Below are positions 13,153 through 25,688 of a stretch of DNA of 64,000 nt, piece after piece. How positions within the stretch are numbered: position 1 is the stretch's first letter; each line of letters begins with the position of its first letter. The notes under the pieces were generated by a model. It was not told the DNA's origin and ran no database searches. It saw only the letters and a list, made by a program, of their open reading frames with translations. This DNA is from Lama glama (Eukaryota), in NCBI GenBank assembly GCA_028534125.1, contig CM052828.1, forward strand, positions 60,326,001 through 60,390,000. Direction: 5' to 3'. Both the position numbers and the translations under genes were made by a program.

Positions 13153-14250
13153 TGTGTTGTAAATCGACACTGACAGCCAAATGGGGAAAATTGACAGAGC
13201 ACTGTAATCACTCCCAACATCCCCTGAAGGTATTGATCCAGAACCTCTGTAATCCCCTTCACATAACACAAGCAATTTTATGTAATACCTGTAATAAGGG
13301 CGCATTCAGGCTCAAGTAGCCGTCTGAAGCATTGTATCTAATGGCGAAGGGGCCGCCGCTGAGCGTGGAGGGAAAAGCGAGGTGCCTCCCGCCTTCTGGA
13401 GGTAACAGCCTCCGATAAGAGGGAGTTTAGGAGATAAACAGCTCCTAATGCCAAAGAAAATGAGCTATTAATTGCCGGCTTGCTAACTACGCTGTGGGAG
13501 AGGGCGCGGCGGGCAGCGTGGGGCAGGGGCCGGGCCGGGGCTGACGGACTTCTCGGGCTCCTGCTGCCCACTATCTGATGCTAATTACAACCGCGGGGAG
13601 ACGCTGACAGGCGTTTAGCGGCCGGGCCATTACATCCTTCCCAGGTGCTTTCCTGTGAAATGTTCCTCCAGTTTTACAAGCTCCTTCTCGCCCTGATGGA
13701 TTATTCCGCAGCCTTATCAAAGCTTTGCCAGCTCCTCATTAATATATAGAGCGAGCCGCACCGCCCTATATATCATTGTCTTCCTCACGGGGAGGGCTAA
13801 TCCGTCAGCCGCTATCAGCCCGTCGGCAGAAGGTGGGTAATCANNNNNNNNNNNNNNNNNNNNNNNNNNNNNNNNNNNNNNNNNNNNNNNNNNNNNNNNN
13901 NNNNNNNNNNNNNNNNNNNNNNNNNNNNNNNNNNNNNNNNNNNNNNNNNNNNNNNNNNNNNNNNNNNNNNNNNNNNNNNNNNNNNNNNNNNCTCTTTCGT
14001 TACTGTTAAACGGCCATAACATTTATCACACCGAACAAGAATGGACGTTTAACTACCATGATAAAATGGGACAGCGTCAGATTGAAAACCCAACAAGTCG
14101 TGATTACAGTGTCAGGCACTTTCCACTGGTTGAGAGAGAAAACGGGAGACAGAGCATGTGTTATAATCATTCACGCATTATTCTGCAGAATGAGAAGAAA
14201 ATAGATCTATTTTAGAAATGTCTTTCAGCGTCCTCCGAGCAAAACCGGAG
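13153..14250. promoter_or_regulatory. Candidate deeply conserved developmental enhancer (CNE)
   Basis: Unique sequence dense in homeodomain/TALE motifs: TGACAG at 13171, 13192, 13605; TAATCC/GGATTA at 13250, 13698, 13798; PBX-HOX type TGATGGAT at 13694; many further TAAT cores. Confidence 0.6.
13844..13991. other. N-run (148 N)
   Basis: Seen directly. Confidence 0.99.
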
Positions 14251-15176
14251 GAAACGGTTAACATACTCTGCTTCCCAGATCGTTTTTATCAATGAAACAA
14301 TAGGACGTTAAGTGACGGTCCTCCCATCAGGTCTTCTCCCCCAAATGTGTGTTTATTAGAGGCTGATTCAGAGGCTGCGAGAGGGAGTTCTGGGAAAGGC
14401 TTGCTCCCTGCTGAATTCTGAAATAAAGTCAGCTGAAGTCAGTCCGGCAGCTCCCTGTGCGGCTTTTCACAGGCGGCGTTTCCAGGCTGCAGTAACACCA
14501 AAGCGAGGCACCCTGTGCTTTCAGAAGTTAAGGAGCAGAGCATCTGACGCAGCCAGGCTGGTTACTGAGTTGCCTTTCCTGACGTATTTGGGGACAGGCT
14601 GTGGCGTTTGAAGTCTGAAAGAAATTTTGACAGCACCGTGGGAAAAAAAATTTAAAGGGGGCTCCACGTCCCTCCACTCGCTCCCGTGTTGACCCTTAGA
14701 GTTTCTGACCCGGAAGCTTCCCACGCACGTGGACGGCCGCTGCCGCCACCGCCACCCAGATGTCTGTGCCTCACGCCGCTGGCACCGCACGACGCCTTCT
14801 CCGTCTCTCCGTGTGGGTGGGCTGGCAGGTAACGTAGGTCATGAATTCCACAGTTAGATGTGCATCCGCAGAAGGAAAGTGTGTCTTCTGGTCTTGCTTT
14901 CGCTTCTCAGTAGAATCAGGGACCGAGGGAAAGGAACCTCATAACCCCCGTCCGCCTCCTTCTCCGCAGTTCGCCTTTCAGCTGGGGAAGAAACACACAC
15001 ACAGTGGAAAACGCCCCGCTGTGCCCCGCCTCTGTGTGTGGCCCTCGGGAGCCGGGGCGTCGGGGGAGTGAGAGCACAGTGCTCCAGCTGTGCCCGGTGC
15101 TGATGGCGTGCAAGGCTCCCGGACTGGGGTTGTTATCATCGCTGTTACTTTGCAGCTAACACCTGTCCGTTTGTAC

Positions 15177-15403
15177 CAGGGTTTCTTAGCCTCAGGCCCA
15201 TCCGCATTTGCAACAGGTAACTCTTTGGAGAGGGCAGGGGCCGTCCTCTGTGTCGTGGGACGCTTAGCAGCATCGAGGAGGTTGGCCTCTGCCCCCTGCC
15301 GGCAGCAACGCCCTCGCCCGTGTGATGGCCCACACTGCCTCTGGACATGGTCAGTGTCCTGGAGAGGGGCCTGGAGGTCGTCACCTCCAGTTGAGAACTA
15401 TTG
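15177..15403 (-). mobile_element. MER20 (hAT-Charlie) DNA transposon, near full length
   Basis: Starts 'cagggtttcttagcctc' and ends 'gttgagaactattg', matching both termini of antisense MER20; internal 'cttagcagcatc...tggcctct' and 'tctggacatgg' are also colinear. Confidence 0.8.
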
Positions 15404-16739
15404 ATTTAGGTACACTTAGCACATTGCTGACTGACGGTATTGCTCTGTGAAGCCTTCCCAGTGATTCCTGCAGTCTCCCTTCCACAGTGGGTGACTCAGT
15501 GGACGTGAGTCGGGGGCCTCTTGTGGCAAATACACAGCATTTTGAAACAACCCCTTCAGCATGTGGTTGTGAACTGGCCTGTGATCAGTGAACTTTAACA
15601 CAGCACACTTACTAATTGACTTCCAGCGCGTGTCAGCGGAGTGAACACTACCCGCATCCTTCATCTGGGTGGAAGGAAGGACAAGGCCTGCCTTACAAAG
15701 CCGCCAGTCCATCCTGGGGACGCATAGTAGGGCCCTCACTCCGGCATTGACATCCACCCTCCAAGAAGGACGTGATAAAGCGCGTGAAACCAGGACTGTT
15801 TACGTACATACACTGGTACAACCCAGGTTGAGCACACACCGCTCGGGGCGTGTGTTGATTCCAGTTTCATCGTGTGGTCACACACCTTACACATAAGCAC
15901 ACAGTCGCGGGCAGACTCTTTTGCCGTTTTGCTTGGAGAGCAGTTACTGCTTCAGAATCAGCTCTCACCATCTCTAGGAAGATGGGACGTGTTGGCCTTT
16001 ATCCTCCTGTGATCAGGTCGCTTAGCCTCCGATGATCAGACCTGCATGGCCTTTTCATTGAACAGGCTGAGATGCCCAGCTTCCTGCCCCCCCAAGTCCT
16101 GTGCACTCACCCCGCAGGTTGAGGCCTCCGCCCTGCGATCGTTCAGACTTACCCTCTGCTCCAAATGCATCTTTCTTCCGAGATGCAGGGTGTGTCTAGC
16201 AGGGCTGGGAGACAGAACCAGGAATGTGGGTTCTGCCCTCTTGGGGTCATTTCAGAGGGTGTTGGAGCCTGGCCCCAAGTCTGGCTGCAGCCCTCCCTCA
16301 GTCTTTGCCCTGACCTTGCAGCCCAGGCCCTGTGCACGCGGTGGCAGGCCATGATTGACTGAGCCCTTACGACACGGGGACCCACGTGACACAAAAACCA
16401 AGCTTCTTTCTGGTAAAGGCGCCGCACATGGTCTCTCACTACTCAGCAGACACGTGGGGGCCCTCTGGCCGGCCCAACGTGCCCGGCTCCGCGAACCCTC
16501 AAGCCCGCTCGCAGGATGGACGTGGTGTCCCTCGTCTGGCTGTGGATCCTGACTTTGGCGCCTGAGCTGCAGCTGGAAAACAGCTCATTCCAAAATCCAT
16601 TTTATTAACTTTGTTTTGTTGGCTGGAGCCGAGGGCCGTCTTAGGCCCCGAATAATCACAGTGGTGCAGTGAGGTCCGGGGCGAGAACGAGGGGCTTTCT
16701 TCTTGGCCATGCTCCTGCAGGACTGATCTGTACCCCCAG

Positions 16740-17370
16740 GCCGATTGTCACTGGCAGAAAATGAGAACCAGGAGCATTCAATGCAAAGTAATGTGTTCTG
16801 TACAATTACTGGATTAATAATTTTATTCCATTACCGTGTGGGGAGAGAGGACATCGGCCGGCAGATCTGCAATTCTAGTCTATTTCTAAGCNNNNNNNNN
16901 NNNNNNNNNNNNNNNNNNNNNNNNNNNNNNNNNNNNNNNNNNNNNNNNNNNNNNNNNNNNNNNNNNNNNNNNNNNNNNNNNNNNNNNNNNNNNNNNNNNN
17001 NNNNNNNNNNNNNNNNNNNNNNNNNNNNNNNNNNNNNNNNNNNNNNNNNNNNNNNNNNNNNNNAGAATAGCAGGCTTGAGTTTCCAGTAACGACAAAAAA
17101 AAAAAAAAAAAAAAAACTAACCACACACGGCAAATGACATTTTGCATCTTGCTGTAAATATTTTTTTTCAGAAAAATGAATAGCATCATTATTCAATGAT
17201 CAAAAATATTATTCTCTTTCCAGACCAGATGCTGTGACCACAGTGACATTTCGAAATGACAGGAGGGTTGGATTATGAGGGAGAGCCATTTACATTTGCA
17301 AATTAAGTTTCTGGCGTTGTACTTTAAATTTAAATAATTGTCTACCCCATTGGGTCTTTCAGAAAGAAAA
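16740..17370. promoter_or_regulatory. Candidate conserved non-coding element spanning an N-run
   Basis: Unique AT-rich sequence with 'ggattaataattttatt', 'atttgcaaattaag' and 'aataattgtc' on both sides of the gap; a poly(A) run at about 17095-17116. Confidence 0.45.
16892..17063. other. N-run (172 N)
   Basis: Seen directly. Confidence 0.99.
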
Positions 17371-20300
17371 AAACCCTGGTGGGTGGGGTGCTGGGTGGCG
17401 TGGGAGCTGGCACGTGCGTGGTCGACCGCACGCTCCCTGGGAGCTCCGGCGGGGCTGGCTTGGGGTAACGCGCACCCTTTCACCAGTGCCACGGAGGCAG
17501 GATGAGGAAGATGGGTGTCAAGATGAATAAGCGGGGACCGCTGGCCATCCTCCCCCATCTTCAGACAGGGGGAGGGAGGGCTTGCCAGAGATCATGCCGA
17601 GAGGGGCCTGAAATGAAGCAGTCAGGCTTTGCAACGCGATCCCCCTGTTTAAACGGCAGAGCCTCGCCCGCCACGGTCCCGCTGCACGTGGCCCGAGACC
17701 CTCTGTTGTTTGCGTGGGTCCCCCCTCCTCGTGCGGAGGGAAAAGTCATTTCTCGTGCTCGCCCAGGAGAGCCAGTGTTTCATTTTGTATTCTGAGGACG
17801 CAGATTAATCAGCCAGCCCCTACCCAGAGATGGCCATTCTGCCCAGAAATCTGCATATCTGCATATTGCTGCTCTGCCCCGAGTTTAATTTCCTACAGGA
17901 GCTGATATTAATCACCCTGTTTAAACAGAGGGGATTTGGGGTCTGTACAAATATGACATTTTTTTCATGGAACTCATGGACTGTTTTTCTTCCTTTTCTT
18001 TTTTCTTTTTTCCAATTTAAAGGGACAATAGCCTTACTGGCTTAATCCTCAATAGTTGCGGCTGTGTTTTATTTTTGCTTGACTGTTGATGGCGGTGGTG
18101 GCAGCAGTGTACCTGGACTCGGCCTCTTGGACTTGAGAACTGTGTTCGGTAGATCTGGAAGCAGAACGGCGTTTTGGCACCGGGGGCCGGGTTTGCCTGG
18201 GAGACATCCCTCTGCCTCTCAGGTGACAGCACGGAAGAACTCGCGGGGGAACAGTGGCAAAATCTGAGTAGTCCTGCTGCTCCCCAGCCGCTCGTGTGCG
18301 GGGAGCCGGGTTCACCAGCGGCTGGTGCCTCTGCCAGGAGCCTTTGGCGTTTCTTACGGCAGCGCAGCGGTGGCCCGGGCAGGAACAGGAGACAGACCCT
18401 CCGCGCCCGGAGAGACGCGCCGGGCCAGCTGGAGGGGGAGGCACGCGAAGGTTATGGACTAGATGCACCACCGTCATTAAAACAGAAGCTGCCGCCAGGC
18501 TTCTGTGTCGATCGCACCCTGGCCCCTCTAGTCCTCAGAGGCTAATGCAGATTGGCGCTTTTCCCACAGGGCCTCGTTCAAAGGCCCCAAGGATGGTGTG
18601 AGCGGGCGGCAGCAGGAAGTGTTGGAAAAGCCGGGATCTGAGGCCAAAGACGCGCGGGAGAGCCTGGCTGCCCTTGCCTCCCTCACACAGGGATTGCCTG
18701 GAGCAGACCACGCCGAAGGCAACCGGAGGCCCTGGAGGGTCCGACCGCTCTGGGTTTCCTGACCCTCAGCATCTTTGCCACTGCGACTAGCAGTGTGCGC
18801 GGGTGCGGCACCTCTTGGGCTGAGAGGAAGTTCCCCGGGAGGGGCATTCCTTTATTTCAGCCAGGTCCCACGGGGCACTTACAAAGCGGAGTTTGTGACT
18901 CTAAGCGAATACTCCCACGGGCGAGACTGCTTGCTAATTAAAGCAAAAACAAAGGACAGAATGTTCAGTTTTTCCTTGCTCAGCTGAAAAAAAAATGAGT
19001 AACTGTCTTGCGTTCCGTATTTTCTCCTTAGTTTGTTTCTGCCGCTGACTCAGAAACGGGAGGTGGTTCTGGTTGAGGGGAGTGAGGTGTTGCGAGGTGG
19101 ACCTGTGTCTGGAGGAGAGGTTCCCAGCGTGTGCGTCACGCCTCCTGAGCGCTGACGCTGCTCTGTTTTCTCTGCCCGAGTAAACCGCGAGGGCGTCACC
19201 CCAGGCGAGCAGTGGCTTAGACTGTTCATCTGTCTGTGCTGATAGCATTTTATTTGAAGTCTTAGAAGTCCCAAGTGGCTTAAAAGGGCGCTATTACGTG
19301 ACTTCACGTTTTATTGCAAAATGACTGGGTCCACCTTCATTTGCGCTGCTTTGAAGTCTTAATGCTCCTTGGCTGTCAGATCCACGCGTCCTTTCCGATT
19401 TAAACCTGGAGCAGAATCCCCTCGAAACGAGTCCCTTTCTTCTGCGGGGAGTGAGGAGCCTTTAATAACTCGTAAGAATATAGTTTTCAAGGTCGTCGTG
19501 TGGTTGTCACTGGCGCAGTACATCTTACCGGTTGGTTTATTGCCAGTGTGTCTGAAAAGAGAGTGAGAACTTAAATTACACTTTCTCTTTCCCTGCGTGT
19601 GCCTGACTGAACAGTAACGGATGTTTACTTTCCGTTAAATTCTCTGAAAGGAAGACAGATCTTCATTTCCCACCCAGTCCTGACGTGTACACACACACGC
19701 ACAGTAGAAACGCGGGAAAGTTGCAGAAGCCGTGGAGTAATCAGCACGTTCTTTCTCAGGAAAAAGTGCGTTCGGGTGAAAGCAGCCTGTCAGCCTGTGG
19801 GGACGTGTCTGCCCTCAGGACAGACAGTCGGGAGAGGTCAGCGGGGAGGTAAGCGGTGACGCTGGCTCACTGCGGCGCCAGCAGCCCCGAGACCCGGCCG
19901 TTACCGGCCATCAAGGGGGCTGTGGCCCCAGAGTGCGGAGAGCCTCTCCTGAACCCCCCAAAGGTGCTGAACCATCCCACAAGGTCACAGAAAACCCTTG
20001 GGACGACGGGGCAGAAATGATGCAGGGAGCTTACAGGGCACTAGTTCACAAAGGGTTATAAACCAAAAACTTCACTGGCTGGATGTTACACGTGTGCATG
20101 TGTGTGGTGTGCTCGTGTGTGCACGTGTGTCTCTTTAGGGTTAGAATGATGTATGCAGTCTCCTGGGAGACGCTTCTGGGGTCTTCAGCTGGGCCCTTGA
20201 CAAGAACACCCACCAGGGAAAACATCTCCCTGTGCGTCTGTAACTGGGGCCTTTGGAGGGGCGCCTCCCGCTGTCCCCGTGGGACCTGCGCTCCCTGGAA

Positions 20301-21254
20301 CCGTGGGACACGGCACCGCAGCCGTGACGCCATGGGGAACGGACTCCGTGGGTGTTCTCAGCAGGGTTGGGGCTTTCCTGGAGCCCTGGCATCCTGGTGA
20401 CAGAGCCCGGTGGGGGGAGGCCCACACTCTCGGTCAGCTGCCCTCAGCCAACACGTTTGTAGGGTCCTCACTTGCCTGGCCCAGTGGGTACAGACAAGAG
20501 AGACGGTCCTGTCATGGAGCTGCCTGACTTCCACGGCATCATTCATCCGGAGGTGCCAGGTTCAGAGGCGGCCTCCAACCAGGTCAGAGCAGCACAGCAT
20601 TCCGCCCACACCTCCAGCCCTCGCCGTGCCCGCTGTGGCGCTGAGGCTCAGGTGACCCACCTCACTTCATCTCAGACACTCGACTTCGTGGGAAAAGGAG
20701 CTGCAGCTCAGGCAGAATAGACGATTTCCTGAATTTGTCAGCAAGTGGCAGGGTGTCGATGCACACCGGGCCTGTGACGTCAGAGCCCTGCATCCTCCCA
20801 CGACCATTTTCCCTCCGTTTTATTTTGCTGTTGATAATCAAAGCAGATGCGGGAGTACAGATCCCTGGGAGGAAGCTTGACGGATGCTCTTTGCAAATTC
20901 TCACCAGACCCCCCTGCCCGGGAGGCCGTGGTAGCCCTTCTGCACCCCGGCCTCTCCATCTGTGGAGCAGAAATAAAGATTGTCCCTCCCCGACAGCGAG
21001 GGGAAGGAAGGCGAAATCTTCTCGACAGTCCGGTGGCGTGGGCGAGCCGGTGTGAGGGGAGCCCTCCTGGTGGTGCGAGCGAGGGCGCCTCGTCGGGAAG
21101 CACTGTGGGGCGCTGGCGAGGTGGAGACCACCGAGCTGTTTTTTGTTTTTATTTCCCTTTCCTGCCCTGAAGTTCTGTTGACTGTATCCAGAAGTCACGA
21201 GAGGGCCCAATGTACAGATGCTGGGGTAGGGGAGGCCGTGTCAGGAGGAAGGTG

Positions 21255-21410
21255 ACTGACGGTAAATGTCAAATACTAAATCCTATCTGGTTATTACCCG
21301 GCGCATTAGCGATGTAAGTAGCTTAACAATTACGGCTGTGATTGACTAGGTGGGAATCAAATCGTAAACATCAACTGTCAGAAGCGGTAATTATAACCCG
21401 TGAGCACCTG
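21255..21410. promoter_or_regulatory. Compact candidate enhancer (CNE-like)
   Basis: Within about 70 bp: SOX AACAAT 21325, PBX TGATTGAC 21339, FOX GTAAACA 21364, MEIS CTGTCA 21375, TAATTA 21388. Confidence 0.45.
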
Positions 21411-22317
21411 CTTCCGGGAGACTGACAGCTCCGCCTAACATCTGCCCGGTCTCACTTTCACTCTTCTCACGTGCTCTTCCCCTCTGAGTGGAGCCCCGTG
21501 AGATTCCCGCACGGAGAGCCGTGGCTCACCGTCCGCGTCACGCATTCGCACTCCTAGGGCTGCTTGTTGTCCACGGTCACGGCTCCCTGCTGACAGGCTC
21601 ACCACTGAACGGGGAGCTGAGAACCGGCGCAGAGCCAGGCAGCACAGCCGCGGTGCGTTTCCAGCAGGCGTTCCTGCCGCGCGGTGTGTTGGTAAGGCGT
21701 GGTAGTGGGCTGGGTCTGTAAGGATGTCTACATGCACTGAAGGCGGACTGGAATCTGGAACAGTGACTGCACGATCCCGCAGTGAAAGCAGGGCGGCGGG
21801 CTGGCGTCGCACGACGCGGTGTCTCACCTGGGGCCCTCGGGCTGAGCAAGATGTGCGCTGGGACCAAGGGCACCAGGGTTCCTCACCGCCCTTCCACGGG
21901 GAGTATTTGGGGAGCAGGTTGAAAAAGCCACCTGTCCTCCTCCGGCGTGGTTTGCCTACGTCTCTGGAACTGAAGGTCTAGCGTTCTTGCCCATGTACTA
22001 GGAGGGGAGGGGCAGAAGTTCATTGGAACGACTCTCTAAGCCCCTGTTCCTCAGTGTTTGGTGGACGTTGCTTTGCTGTTGAACTGTTTTCTTAGGATAA
22101 GGGCTGGGGGTGGATTTGTTCTGCCTGACAGTTCTGTAGTGACGGTGAACGCTTTAGCTGGCCACATCCACGTGTAATTCAGCTGGGGGAACAGCAGACA
22201 GGTGGGAGGGAGACGGCAGAACCGAACCGAGAGGGTGGGAGTTTTCTCAGTGGCGTCTGCATCTCTTCACTGATTTCAGTCGTGTCCCCGTCCATACCTC
22301 ATCCCTGTCATGCAGAG

Positions 22318-22740
22318 ATTCTTTCACTTTACAAGTATTTCTTGAGCATCTACTACGTGCAGGCCCTTTGCACAGCTAGACGGGCATTCCCATGGATGAG
22401 ACAGCATCGGGCACCCCAGATTTTGGACTCTCTTGGCCTAAACGCACTCTGACTGACTTAGCATGGTGCAGGCCCTGGGCGGGGGTCTTTGGGCGTCCGG
22501 CTGTGAAAAAGGAGGATGTGGTCCCTGCCTCTGTGGAGCTGACCATGTAAGGGGAAAGCCAATCATTGAACAGGTGAATGCGAGCGTGGCCAGCGCCTCC
22601 CGGGGCCAGGGGTGGGGCTGCGGGCCTCGTGGCGCTCAGAGCCCCAGCCTGACCCGCACAGCCGGGAAGCTCTGCCTGGAAAAGGAGACAGTTCGATTGA
22701 ATCCTGAAAGGTAAGTAAGAATCAGTCAGAAGAATAGCCA
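22318..22740 (-). mobile_element. L2 fragment
   Basis: 'caagtatttcttgagcatctactacgtgcaggcc', 'tggtccctgcctctgtggagctgac' and 'ctgcctggaaaaggagacagttcgattgaatcctgaaaggtaagtaagaatcagtcag' are colinear antisense L2 hallmarks. Confidence 0.75.
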
Positions 22741-24449
22741 TTTCCTCATGAATTTAGCTTCCAAAGCCTGGGTTTGTTTAAAGAAATCATATTAATCAAA
22801 CAAATAATCTTCATAGCAGTGGAGACGTTTGTATCATAATATCCAGGCCCTGTAATTGTGAATAAAATTCTGTAAGGAAAGAGACTGTATTTACAGAGAT
22901 AAAGATGAGTCCATGTGAAAAGAGAACCTCGCGCTGCGCTTCTTCCCTTTGTGAAATGGTGCCCACGGCCTCGAAGAACAAGGCTGGCGAACAACTGAAG
23001 GAAAGATTTAGGAAGTACCTCACGTAAGACGGCGTGGGTAAAGTGAGTTCCTGGCAGCGTCGGGGTGGCTGTGCTGGCACGGGATTACCCAGGGGTGGCT
23101 GTGGATTCCCAGGTCAGTCCTGATGGAAAGTAAGCCCGCAGGCTTCAGCTTGGTGCCTCTCCAAGGACTGTGATGGGGGCCTTGCCCCCATGCCTGGGCC
23201 GTCCAGGATCACACCAGGCCAGGGCGTCCCTCCCAGAAAACCTCCCTTCTCCCCGGGGAGCTCTCTGCAGGGAAGGCGGGAGGCCAGTGGTGACGGGCAG
23301 CTCCTGGACCAGGGGGCTGAGTCTCCAGGGCCGAGACTGCACGCCTCTGCTTCTTCCCCTGGAAGTGCATCTGGGCGGGAAATGGGAGACGCTTGCCCCC
23401 AGCTCAGCCAAGCTAGCGATGCCGGAAGGGGGTGTAGGGCTGGGACGTGTCTCTACTCATCTGGACGCACGACATCCCCAGAACCCCGAGCGGCTCGTGC
23501 GGGCTCACAGAAATGGATGGCTGATCAGTTTCCCAGTTCCTTCTCATTTCTGGTTCCATCCTCCGCACTTTGTTTCTGCTTCCCCGGTTACGTTCCCAGC
23601 AAGCAGTCTGTTTAACATTGCGTACGCCTGCTCACCAGACCCCGGAGGACCCGAGAGGCAGATGCACGGAGAAGAAATCGTGGCTGTGAAAGCGAACTGG
23701 GTCTCCTAAACACGGGAGGGTCGTCAGGTGTTCAAGTAGGAAACTGGACTTAGATGGCGTGAGCTGTCCAGCTCCAGGCTGCGCAGAGGGATGGCCTTAG
23801 CGAAGGCCCCGTGGAGCCCTGTGCGCGCGTCCACGCAGCTGCGTCCCTGCAGCTGCGTCCCTGCTCATTCTCCCTTCGTATTTCAGGTTCTCTTTGACCA
23901 TTGCTTCGGCATTTTGTGTGTGGCGTGGAGTTTCAGGTGTGCAGTGAGTTGAGACTCAGTGATCGGCAAAATGGCGACAGTGATCGTAAATCGGAGGGTC
24001 AGACTGGTGTTAGCAAGACGAAGCAAGCGCCCGGACGTGGCAGACGGTGCTGGGACAGGCCGTGGTGGCGGGCGTGTGCGGGGAGAAGCCCTTTCCCAGC
24101 AGCCTCTCCCTGGACACACGGACGTACTGGTGCTCTGGGGGTGACGGGTCTCACGGCAGGAGCGGGGACGCAGGACAGCCAGGCCGCTCTGACCTTCCGC
24201 TGCTGTTCCCGCCTGCGGCCTGCACACGCTCTGGCCCGTGGCTCTGCCCAGAGCTTATTCCAGGGGAAGAAGGCCAGCTCCTGGTCCCTCCCCTGGGAGG
24301 AGTGGTGTCAAAGCCCCCCGTGCAGATCTGCCCTCGGCAGAGGCCAAGGGCGGCCTGTGGACGTGTGCCCCCGGGGCCTGCAGCTCACATGCTCTGAAGC
24401 AGACGTGGCTGCTGGGGTTGAAATCCACGGAGGGTGTCCCATCGGCGTG

Positions 24450-25688
24450 GGCTGCGCGTGGGCTGCTGCCTTCAAGGATGACCGTTCCCATCGTGTTTCT
24501 TTCCAAGCTGTTTTAAGAAGTGTCTGGACGCAGTCCCACCAGTAACAAATGAGAGTGTCTGCTTCTTTGCATCCTTGCCAACGTTCGGTGGTGTTACTTT
24601 GAAAATTTTTATTCGTTTATTTTTAATCTTAGCCATTCTAATTGATGTGCAGTGGCTGGTCTCTGTGGTTTGGGTCTTCATTTACTTAATGACAAACGAT
24701 GCTGCGCGCCTTTCTATGAGCCTGTCTGCCATCGGCACGTCTTCTTTGTAAAGCGTCTGACCAGACACTGCCTTACTTTTTAACTGGGCTGTTTGTTTTT
24801 CTTATTGCTGAGTTTTAGTGTTCTTTGTACATTCTGGATAGAAGTCCTGTGTCAGATACGGATTTACCGCTACTTTCTGCCAGGTCTGTGGCTTGTACTT
24901 TCATTCTCCTAACAGTATTTTTCACAGAAGGTAAATTTTTACTTCGACGAGGTACAATTTACCAGCTTTTTGAAGTGGGTCACGCTTTTGGTATCAGGTC
25001 TAGAATCACATCACCAAACCCAGGGTCCAACAAGTTTTTTTCCTGAAAGTTTTATAGTTCTACGTTTCACAGTTAGACGTAAGATCAGTTTTGAGTTAAA
25101 GTTTTGGAGAAAGGGTGACGTGTGTGTCCAGGTCTGTTTATTTATTTATTTTCATAGGTATGTGCAACATTTCTCATCTTTCACAAATTCTTTCTCCGTT
25201 GATTGACGTTGCGTTTTGCCCGAAATCAGCTGACTGCATTTTTGTGGGTCCTTCTGTCCTGGTCTGTTGACCTGCGTGTCAGTTCTTCTTGCCACTGTGA
25301 CGATGATGGTTCCGTAACTGTGAGTCATGTGGGGGCTTCTGTGTCAGGATCGTCTTGACCATTTCTAGTTCCTTGGCCTTTCCATGTACATTTGAGAATC
25401 AGCTTGTCAATATCTATAAAAAACCAAAACAAACCTTGCTGAGATTCTGGTTGAGATGATTACAGATCAAATTCTAGAGAATCGACATCTTAACAGCAAC
25501 GAGCCTCCTGTTGCATGAACACAGTATGTCTCTCCAGTTACTTCTGTCTTCCTTGGTTTCCTGTGGCGTCTTGTTGTTTAGAGGATACAGACCCTGCATG
25601 TATTTTGTTAGATTTATGGTTAAATCTAATCCTGGTTTGGTGTTACTTTAAATAGTATTTTTTCTTTTAATTTCAAACTCTCATTGTT
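24450..25688 (-). mobile_element. Old L1 (L1M group), 3' part of ORF2
   Basis: Typical antisense L1 text: 'catccttgccaac', 'ttagccattctaattgatgtgcagtgg', 'ttctttgtacattctggatagaagtcc', 'tttgagaatcagcttgtcaatatct'. Minus-strand ORF 24472-24681 (IRMAKIKNK...NVGKDAKK) resembles the ORF2 C-terminus. Confidence 0.9.

Noticed and set aside
15690-15800. Possible L3/CR1 fragment
   Set aside because: Similarity ('ccaagaaggacgtgataaag') is too short to support a call without a search.
23835-23864. 14-bp tandem duplication gcagctgcgtccct x2
   Set aside because: Ordinary slippage duplication with no further structure.
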